DNA of 15,073 bases, taken from the NCBI GenBank assembly GCA_048887225.1, contig JBHLJY010000038.1:1-15073 (forward strand). Reading direction: 5' to 3'. The translations under genes and the position numbers were made by a program. This DNA comes from Candidatus Hodarchaeota archaeon (lineage in GTDB: Archaea > Asgardarchaeota > Lokiarchaeia > Sigyniarchaeales > SOKP01). The notes beneath the pieces are model-generated. The model was given only the letters and a program-made list of their open reading frames with translations. It was not told the DNA's origin and did no database searches. Positions within the stretch are counted from its first letter, which is position 1. Each line of letters starts with the position of its first letter. Positions 7,932-15,073 of this stretch are shown in pieces.

Positions 7932-9053
7932 ATGGAAAAACAAAAATATGATGTTATTGTTGTAGGAGCTGGACCTGCCGGGTCTGTAGCAGCTAAAAGG
8001 ATTGCTAAAAGAGGGCTAAAAATATTATTAATTGAAGAACATAAAGAGATAGGAAGGCCTGTTCATTGTTCAGGCTGGCTTAATGGATGTCCATTTACAG
8101 AAAAAGTTATTAATGAGTTTGGAAGAGATAAAATCATTACTAAAGTCGATCGTTGGCGTGTTTGGACCCCCAGTGGTGAAATAGCATATGAAATGAAATT
8201 TAATGGAGGTTATTTTGTTGATAGGATTAAACTTGATCAATTTTTTGCGCAGAAAGCAGTTGAAGCAGGCTCAAAATTAAGTATTAGTACAAAAGCTATA
8301 GATTTAATTAAGGACGAAGATAAAATTCTTGGAATTATCGCTCAGAAGCAAGGAAAAAATATAAAACTTTACTCAGATATTTTAATTGGGTGTGATGGTA
8401 GTTATTCCATACCATATGGGATTGCTAAGAAATCTGGTATTCTCAGTTATGATAAAAAAAAAGAGCGTCCATATTATCCTGGAATTCAAATCGAATTTCT
8501 AAATATAAAAGATATGGAGCCTGGAATAATCGAGATATTTTTTGGTTCTATATTTGATAAAAACTTAGGCTCTGCTTTTGTAAGTCCCTTAAAAAAAGGG
8601 AGGGGATTGGTTGGGTTTGGTAGTTTTAAAGATTATTTAAATGTGAAGAATAATCATCCTGTTTTCAAAAAAAGACTCGAGAATGCTCAAGAATTTAGTG
8701 TAAGAGGGGGATTATATGGAGGATTATTAGGCGAATCATTAAAAACAGGAGCTATGGCAGGACTAATGTTATGTGGAGATGCTGTAGGATATCATGGAAT
8801 AACGCCAGCGGCGATTTCGGGAGCGATAGCAGCAGATATCGCAGTAAAGGCAGTTAATGAATCCGATTTCTCAAGAAACATATTAAAGAATTATGATGTA
8901 GTACGCAGAAAACATCCAATTGCGAGATCAAAATTAGGAATTAATCTTCAAAATGTTTCTGAAGAAAATTTAGAGATTATATTGAAAAATGAAGGAGAAG
9001 CCATAAATAAAGCATTATTTAAAGATTTAGATAGATTTGATTATGAGTTTTAA
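7932..9053 (+). CDS. Geranylgeranyl reductase-family NAD(P)/FAD-dependent oxidoreductase (divergent)
   Basis: 'YDVIVVGAGPAGS', 'PVHCSG', 'VDRIKLDQFF', 'IGCDG', 'LCGDAVG'. Lacks the canonical YxWxFP motif. Confidence 0.85.
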   Translation: MEKQKYDVIVVGAGPAGSVAAKRIAKRGLKILLIEEHKEIGRPVHCSGWLNGCPFTEKVINEFGRDKIITKVDRWRVWTPSGEIAYEMKFNGGYFVDRIKLDQFFAQKAVEAGSKLSISTKAIDLIKDEDKILGIIAQKQGKNIKLYSDILIGCDGSYSIPYGIAKKSGILSYDKKKERPYYPGIQIEFLNIKDMEPGIIEIFFGSIFDKNLGSAFVSPLKKGRGLVGFGSFKDYLNVKNNHPVFKKRLENAQEFSVRGGLYGGLLGESLKTGAMAGLMLCGDAVGYHGITPAAISGAIAADIAVKAVNESDFSRNILKNYDVVRRKHPIARSKLGINLQNVSEENLEIILKNEGEAINKALFKDLDRFDYEF

Positions 9054-9180
9054 TAATTCTAATTTTAAGTATTCTTTGAATTTTTGGGAAAAAAAATTTA
9101 TTTGTGTCTTTAGTCGATAATTTTAAGAAAACTAATTACACTAATATTTAATAATTTTTTTTCCAATCGTAGCAATTCAA

Positions 9181-9228
9181 AATATTGTTGCACTTTATAA
9201 GGTCATATAAGAATTTGGAAAATATTAA
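9181..9228 (+). pseudogene. Decayed 48-bp remnant of a uroD-family 3' end (NIVALYKVI*EFGKY*)
   Basis: 3 mismatches in 48 bp vs 12628-12675 and 10 in 48 vs the intact gene end 7881-7928; contains an internal TAA. Confidence 0.85.
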
Positions 9229-9441
9229 ATTTAATAAAATAGATTATATTTTCTAAGTAGGGCGACACAACACTTTTCTTGGAAATTTACTTAATTGTCA
9301 ATTATTATTAACAACAATGACTCAATTTACTAAAACGTAAGGAATATCTTCAAGATATTGATGGCCGTCCATAATAAGGATAAATATATTTTTATAGGTG
9401 AATAATTATAATATTGGTATATAAAGTAAGAATATACAGTC
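9229..9441 (+). promoter_or_regulatory. Upstream/promoter region of surface gene copy 1, duplicated at 12676-12888
   Basis: Colinear with 12676-12888 at offset 3447 with no net indel; TATA-like TTATAATA (9406-9413) and TATATAAA (9418-9425). Confidence 0.55.
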
Positions 9442-12342
9442 ATGAGAAAAAATATAAAAGCAATATTTATTTTAATAACTTTTGGAATTGTTTTCGTCTT
9501 ATCAGGTATTAGCAATTATAATATCAGTAGCGTTCAAGAGGATAATGACAGAATCTTGGAAATTCGAGACGAAACTAATTTAAAAACTTCAAATACAGAT
9601 ATCATTATCTTATCTCCAGAAGATAAAATATACGCGGGACCGATGGACGGATACTATCCAGCAACTTACTCGTTTGATGAGCAAGCTGGGACTAATGGAA
9701 CTGATATTTCTTGGATTGATGTAGATAATCATTATATCTCTTCAATTGTTTCAGAAGTCAATGGGCATAAAAATGTTCTAGAACTTAATCTTACTTCTAA
9801 GCCTGCGAGTGTTAGACATAATATTACCACCGAGCGCAACAACGGCACGATCGAATTCTATGTAATGACAGCAAATAACTCAACAGTCTCGAAAATAAAT
9901 ATTGGTGATGGTAACGAAACAAATTCAATTGAAATTGTGTTTTTTTTCGATGGAAAGATATATTGTAATGATAAATTTTCTTCCGGAATTTTCATACAAA
10001 ATTATACTAATAACATTTGGTATCACTTTAAAATTGAATTTAACTGTTCAGAAGATTGGCATTTGTGGATCAATAATGTTAGTAAGGATGAAGGGAGTGG
10101 TTATGAATATATGGGTAATCCAACTAAATTTGATTGCATCGAGATTCTGCAGGGGACGCTGAAATGTTTTTATTTCGATGCTTTTGGATATAACTGGACT
10201 GATTACGAAATTGGAGATAATTTGAACGAAGGTTTATTACTCAGCTTTGAAAACAATACAAACTTTGATTGGATGGGTTATTCTTTAGACGGTCAAGCCA
10301 ACAAAACAATCTTAGGAAATAAAACAATTCCAATGCCGGATTACGGACAACATACGATTCAAGTGTTTGGAAACGATTCCTTAGGAATTAATTATGAATC
10401 TAACATTAGAAATTTTTACATAAGCCCAATAAATATAATTACTCCAGAAAATAAAACGTACAATAAACCGATGCGCGGCTATTATCCCGCCACTTACTCG
10501 TTTGATGATCAAGAAGCAGGGACTACTGGAACTGATATTAATTTCATCGATAAAGATCTTAATGCTAAGGCTTCACTTGTTTCAGGGGGCGTTAACCATA
10601 AAAACAATTTAAAAGTCCAAAATTCTGGTGGTCAGCCTAGTGGACACGCTATTGATGTTAATCCTGCGAATGGAACAATCGAGTTCTATGTAATGGCTGC
10701 ACAAACTAATCAGCCTAGTATGGTGAATATCAATGATGGTGGAATAGATAAATCGATTCATATTTGGTTTAATAACCTTGGAGAAATTTGGTGTCTTGGA
10801 GATGACACGGAGAAAATACAAGATTATAGTGCTTTCACTTGGTATCATTTTAAAATTAAATTTGAATGTGATACAAAAGGTGACGGAACTAATGATTGGC
10901 ATTTATGGATTGACGGGGATAGTATGGACGGAGGGAGTGGCTATAGTTATGTGGGCAATCCTACCAATATGGATTATATAGATTTACAGGCGAATAATGG
11001 TATTTTTTATTACGACGCTTTTGGATTTTCATGGGATAATAATTACGAGATTGGAGATAACATGAATGAAGGATTATTACTTAGCTGTGAAAATCATACA
11101 AACCTTAATTGGATGGATTATTCTTTAGATGGGCAACCTAATAGAACAATCTTAGGAAATACGACAATTCCAATGCCGGATTATGGACAACATACGATTC
11201 AAGTGTTTGGAAATAATACTTTTGGAACCATATTTCCATCTGAACTAAGACAGTTCACAATCGACACAATTGAACCGAATGTGACCATAATTTCTCCAAC
11301 GATGGGCATTTATGGTCCCACCTCACTATTAATTAACGCTTCAATAACGGACGATCTCTCTACTATATCATCAGCTAAAACCATGATAAACGCATCTATG
11401 CCATTTAACTTTAACATTTCTATGACTCAATCAGGAACTTATTGGTGGTGTACATGGAACAATATTTCCGAATACCAGAGTGGAGATTATAACATTACGA
11501 TATGGGCGATTGATGAAGGAGGAAATGTCAATCAAACCCAATTCATCGTTATCACATTCGACAAAAGTAGACCGAACGTGACCATAATTTCTCCAACAGC
11601 GGGCACTTACCATCCACCCTCACTATTAATTAACGCTTCAATATCGGACGAATTCTCTACTATATCATCAGTTAAAGCCATGATAGAGTTTTGGGTGCCA
11701 TTTAACTTTAACATTTCTATGACTCAATCAGGAACTTATTGGTTCTGTTATTGGGACAACATTTCCGAGTACCAGAATGGAAATTATACAATTAAGATAT
11801 GGGCGATTGATGAGGGAGGAAATGTTAATCAGACCCAATTCATCGTTATCATGATCGATAACCCTCCTATCGTTGGTGATGGTGATGGCAACAGTAGTGA
11901 TGGTGATAAAGAGAGTTCAGAGTGGTTATTAATTGTAATTATTATATCTGCCATCTCTGCAGTTGGTATTTTATCTGTCGTTTCGGCATTATTAATCAAA
12001 AACCGATCGAAGCCATTGATGATGCCTCAATCGAAGGTCCCTAAAACTTGTTCATTATGTAGTAAAAAACACACAGAATTTTGGATTCTATGTAAAGAAT
12101 GTTATGCTAAACAGCAAAAAATTCCTGTTTCAACTATATGTCCAACTTGTAAATCAAAGAAAAATATCGAAATCCCAAAATTACTCATTGACGAAGCAAA
12201 AACGATAATGACGATATCAATACCAAAAGGATTAATGTGTGATCACCATTTCCAAGCGTTTGTAGATAAAAATTTTAAGGTTCGTGGATATCAAAAAGTA
12301 GATTTTGAAGGCAATTCAAAACAAATTTTAGCCAAAAAATAA
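9442..12342 (+). CDS. Large single-pass surface receptor-like protein: 2x (Ig-like domain with inserted ConA/LamG-like beta-sandwich), 2x Ig-like, TM, cytoplasmic Cys/His Zn-binding domains
   Basis: 966 aa. Signal peptide; two ~276-aa modules ('GYYPATYSFD...GTIEFY...WYHFKI...WHLWI...FDAFG...WMGYSLDGQ...GQHTIQVFGN'); two 99-aa 'PNVTIISP...YxIxIWAIDEGGN' repeats; TM at about aa 828-852; three CxxC pairs and CDHH in the tail. Confidence 0.88.
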   Translation: MRKNIKAIFILITFGIVFVLSGISNYNISSVQEDNDRILEIRDETNLKTSNTDIIILSPEDKIYAGPMDGYYPATYSFDEQAGTNGTDISWIDVDNHYISSIVSEVNGHKNVLELNLTSKPASVRHNITTERNNGTIEFYVMTANNSTVSKINIGDGNETNSIEIVFFFDGKIYCNDKFSSGIFIQNYTNNIWYHFKIEFNCSEDWHLWINNVSKDEGSGYEYMGNPTKFDCIEILQGTLKCFYFDAFGYNWTDYEIGDNLNEGLLLSFENNTNFDWMGYSLDGQANKTILGNKTIPMPDYGQHTIQVFGNDSLGINYESNIRNFYISPINIITPENKTYNKPMRGYYPATYSFDDQEAGTTGTDINFIDKDLNAKASLVSGGVNHKNNLKVQNSGGQPSGHAIDVNPANGTIEFYVMAAQTNQPSMVNINDGGIDKSIHIWFNNLGEIWCLGDDTEKIQDYSAFTWYHFKIKFECDTKGDGTNDWHLWIDGDSMDGGSGYSYVGNPTNMDYIDLQANNGIFYYDAFGFSWDNNYEIGDNMNEGLLLSCENHTNLNWMDYSLDGQPNRTILGNTTIPMPDYGQHTIQVFGNNTFGTIFPSELRQFTIDTIEPNVTIISPTMGIYGPTSLLINASITDDLSTISSAKTMINASMPFNFNISMTQSGTYWWCTWNNISEYQSGDYNITIWAIDEGGNVNQTQFIVITFDKSRPNVTIISPTAGTYHPPSLLINASISDEFSTISSVKAMIEFWVPFNFNISMTQSGTYWFCYWDNISEYQNGNYTIKIWAIDEGGNVNQTQFIVIMIDNPPIVGDGDGNSSDGDKESSEWLLIVIIISAISAVGILSVVSALLIKNRSKPLMMPQSKVPKTCSLCSKKHTEFWILCKECYAKQQKIPVSTICPTCKSKKNIEIPKLLIDEAKTIMTISIPKGLMCDHHFQAFVDKNFKVRGYQKVDFEGNSKQILAKK
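11275..11860 (+). repeat. Two tandem 297-bp Ig-like (Big-type) stalk repeats
   Basis: 'ccgaa(t/c)gtgaccataatttctccaac' at 11275 and 11572; high nucleotide identity throughout. Confidence 0.9.
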
Positions 12343-12357
12343 AAATTAATCAAAACA

Positions 12358-12374
12358 TTTTTTTATTTCTTTTT
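12358..12374 (+). terminator. Putative archaeal oligo(T) terminator after surface gene copy 1
   Basis: T-rich tract 'tttttttatttcttttt' starting ~15 bp after the stop codon. Confidence 0.4.
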
Positions 12375-12378
12375 AAGT

Positions 12379-12675
12379 TTTCCAGATTTTGTTGAAATTA
12401 GTATTGATGGTGTAGAATCGTTAAAACCAAAAAACAACGATTTGAAAATGTACCGAGAAAAATATCCAAAAATTTCTCTCATTGGAACAATTGATGATTC
12501 AGAAATGTTAATATATGAATCGCCTGAATTCGTAAGAAATTCAGTTAAAAAAAGTATAAAAACATTAGGCAAAAAAGGAGGATATATTCCAGGACCTACT
12601 AATTTCCTACTGGATCAACCTCCAGAAAATATTGTTGCACTGTATAAGGCCATACAAGAATTTGGAAAATATTAA
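12379..12675 (+). pseudogene. 5'-truncated fragment (last 98 codons + stop) of a diverged uroD/MtaA-family allele
   Basis: Aligns without gaps to 7632-7928; 84/98 aa identical by manual count. Homology starts 63 bp upstream of the ORF-track start (12442); no genuine N-terminus. Confidence 0.9.
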
Positions 12676-12888
12676 ATTTAATAAAATAGATTATATTTTC
12701 TAAGTATGGCGACACAACACTTTTCTTGGAAATTTACTTAATTGTCAATTATTATCAACGACAATGACTCCATTTACTATAACGTAAAAAATTCCTTCAA
12801 GATATTGATGACCATCCATAATATGAATAAAAAATTTTTTAAAGGTGAATAATTATTATGTTGGTATATAAAGTGAGAATATACAGTC

Positions 12889-15073
12889 ATGAGAAAAAAA
12901 ATAAAAGTAATATTTATTTTAATCACTTTTGGAATTGTTTTCGCTTTATCAGTTATTACCAATTATAATATCAGTAGCGTTCAAGAGAATAATAACAGAA
13001 TTTTGGAAATTCGAGAAGAAACTAATTTAAAAACTTCAAATACAGATATCATTATCTTATCTCCAGAAGATAAAATATACGCGGGACCGATGAGCGGATA
13101 TTATCCAGCAACTTACTCGTTTGATGAGCAAGCTGGAACTAATGGAACTGATATTTCTTGGATTGATGCTGATGATAATAATATAGCTATAATTATTCCA
13201 GAAGTCAATGGGCATAAGAATGTTTTAGGACTAGATCCAAATTCAATAGACCAGAGTGTTAGACATAATTTTACCACCGAGCACAACAATGGCACGATGG
13301 AATTCTATCTAATGATAGCAGCTGCCGCTGATTGGTCAGGAATTTATATTTGTGATGGTAATAATGAAGATTCAATTATTATTATTATTAATCCTGATAG
13401 GACGTTTTTATGTTATAATGGTACTGGATATGAAACAATACAAGGGTATAGCAATGAAACTTGGTATCACTTTAGAATTGAATTTGACTGTTCAGACGAT
13501 TGGCATTTGTGGATCAATAATTATAGTAAAGACGGAGGGATGGGTTACGAATATAAAGGTAATCCGACTAAATTTGATCATATAAGTATTAGACGGGTTT
13601 TCGACGACATTTTATATTTCGATGCTTTTGGATATAACTGGACTGATTACAAAATTGGAGATAATTTGAACGAGGGATTATTACTCAGCTTTGAAAACAA
13701 TACAAACCTTGATTGGATGGGTTATTCTTTAGACGGTCAAGCCAACAAAACAATCTTAGGAAATGCATCAATTCCAATGCCGGATTACGGACAACATACG
13801 ATTCAAGTGTTTGGAAACGACTCGTTAGGAAATAATTATGAATCTAACATTAGAAATTTCTATATAAGCCCAATAAACATAATTACTCCAGAAAATAAAA
13901 CGTACAATAAACCGATGAGAGGCTATTATCCCGCCACTTACTCGTTTGATGATCAAGAAGCAGGGACTACTGGAACTGATATTGATTTCATCGATTCTGA
14001 CCTAAATAATAAGGCTTCAATCGTTTCAAAGTTTTATGGTCACAAAAGCGTTTTAAAATCCAATCCTTCTGATCAAGATCAAGTCCACGATATTGATGTT
14101 AAACCTGCGAATGGATCGATAGAGTTATATGTGAGGGCGGCACAGACTGATAAAGGTGGTTCTATAGTTATCGCCGATGGAGATATTATCCATTCGATTT
14201 GGTTATACTTTGATGTAAACGGAGATATTTGTTATGCTGGTGGTGGTACTATACAACCGTATGACGCTAGCACCTGGTATCATTTTAAATTTAAATTTGA
14301 TTGTGATATAGGAGGTGACAGAACTAATGATTGGCATTTATGGATTAATGGGGAGAGTAAAGACGGAGGGAGTGGCTATAGTTTTGTAGGCACTCCTTAC
14401 AACATGGATGGTATACATATAAAGTCGAATAATGGTATTTTTTATTACGACGCTTTTGGATTTTCTTGGGATAATAATTACGAGATTGGAGATAACATGA
14501 ATGAAGGATTATTACTTAGCTGTGAAAATCATACAAACCTTAATTGGATGGATTATTCTTTAGATGGGCAACCTAATAGAACAATCTTAGGAAATACGAC
14601 AATTCCAATGCCGGATTATGGACAACATACGATTCAAGTGTTTGGAAATAATACTCTTGGAACGATATTTCCATCTGAACTAAGACAGTTCACAATCGAC
14701 ACAATTGAACCAAATGTGGCCATAGTTTCTCCAACATCGGGCATTTATGGTCCCACTTCACTATTAATTAACGCTTCAATAACGGACGATCTCTCTACTA
14801 TATCATCAGCTAAAACCATGATAAACGCATCTGAGCCATTTAACATTTCTATGGCTCGAGGTGTAGGAAATTCTTGGTCTTGTAGATGGGACAACATTTC
14901 CGACTATTTGAGTGGAGATTATAACATTACGATATGGGCGATTGATGAGGGAGGAAATGTCAATCAAACCCAATTCATCGTTATCACATTCGACAGAAGT
15001 AGACCGAACGTGACCATAATTTCTCCAACAGCGGGCACTTACCATCCACCCTCACTATTAATTAACGCTTCAA
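12889..15073 (+). CDS. Paralogous surface receptor-like protein, copy 2 (partial; runs off the window end)
   Basis: ATG 12889 opens a frame with no stop to the window end (728 codons, translated manually: MRKKIKVIFILITFGIVFALS...HPPSLLINAS); colinear with 9442-11640. Missing from the ORF track because it has no stop in the window. Confidence 0.92.
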   Translation, partial: MRKKIKVIFILITFGIVFALSVITNYNISSVQENNNRILEIREETNLKTSNTDIIILSPEDKIYAGPMSGYYPATYSFDEQAGTNGTDISWIDADDNNIAIIIPEVNGHKNVLGLDPNSIDQSVRHNFTTEHNNGTMEFYLMIAAAADWSGIYICDGNNEDSIIIIINPDRTFLCYNGTGYETIQGYSNETWYHFRIEFDCSDDWHLWINNYSKDGGMGYEYKGNPTKFDHISIRRVFDDILYFDAFGYNWTDYKIGDNLNEGLLLSFENNTNLDWMGYSLDGQANKTILGNASIPMPDYGQHTIQVFGNDSLGNNYESNIRNFYISPINIITPENKTYNKPMRGYYPATYSFDDQEAGTTGTDIDFIDSDLNNKASIVSKFYGHKSVLKSNPSDQDQVHDIDVKPANGSIELYVRAAQTDKGGSIVIADGDIIHSIWLYFDVNGDICYAGGGTIQPYDASTWYHFKFKFDCDIGGDRTNDWHLWINGESKDGGSGYSFVGTPYNMDGIHIKSNNGIFYYDAFGFSWDNNYEIGDNMNEGLLLSCENHTNLNWMDYSLDGQPNRTILGNTTIPMPDYGQHTIQVFGNNTLGTIFPSELRQFTIDTIEPNVAIVSPTSGIYGPTSLLINASITDDLSTISSAKTMINASEPFNISMARGVGNSWSCRWDNISDYLSGDYNITIWAIDEGGNVNQTQFIVITFDRSRPNVTIISPTAGTYHPPSLLINAS

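Larger units (their letters stand above)
9181..15073 (+). repeat. Tandem segmental repeat, unit ~3.45 kb (uroD 3' remnant + intergenic + surface gene)
   Basis: Offset 3447 from 9181/12628 through both start codons; it drifts to ~3435 after in-frame indels in the variable domains. Confidence 0.9.

Noticed and set aside
12340-12675. Stop-codon readthrough fusing receptor copy 1 to the in-frame uroD fragment
   Set aside because: The fragment is in frame with only one intervening TAA, but TAA is not a Sec/Pyl codon, the spacer looks like a T-rich terminator, and the frame match has a fair chance probability.
13375-13389. (ATT)5 microsatellite as a contingency locus
   Set aside because: Short and in frame (IIIII), and the same length as the aligned strand in copy 1; no sign of length variation.
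9721-14430. Diversity-generating retroelement (TR/VR pair) as the source of hypervariability
   Set aside because: Differences are not adenine-specific, include in-frame indels, both copies are full coding genes, and no reverse transcriptase is in the window.
1110-15045. Other short ORF-track entries (1110-1292, 2010-2252, 3824-4069, 4608-4841, 6384-6614, 6902-7117, 9902-10162, 10609-10902, 10778-10981, 11431-11613, 12363-12572, 13113-13295, 13352-13585, 14806-15045)
   Set aside because: All overlap well-supported longer genes or the uroD fragment in another frame or strand and have no recognisable motifs.

Overview
AT-rich archaeal window, most likely from an Asgard (Lokiarchaeia/Promethearchaeota-like) genome; this is inferred from the protein families and tRNA style, not from a search. 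All protein genes are on the + strand. In order: a 745-aa single-pass surface protein (parallel beta-helix, juxtamembrane GPS/GAIN-like motif, recently duplicated cytoplasmic domain), an adjacent multi-winged-helix regulator, a HAD hydrolase, an ADP-forming acyl-CoA synthetase alpha subunit, tRNA-Arg(GCG) on the - strand, and a tightly packed HAD / SCP2-like / UroD-MtaA-family / geranylgeranyl-reductase-family cluster. Two tandem paralogous large surface receptor-like genes follow; the second runs off the window end and is absent from the ORF track. Three signals stand out. (1) The two paralogs have near-identical Ig-like framework DNA but hypervariable lectin-like domains, with variation falling on alternating beta-strand residues (one sheet face). 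(2) Each paralog is preceded by a displaced 3' end of a diverged uroD-family allele, suggesting repeated recombinational stacking at this locus. (3) ORF1 looks like an autoproteolytic adhesion receptor paired with a transcription factor.
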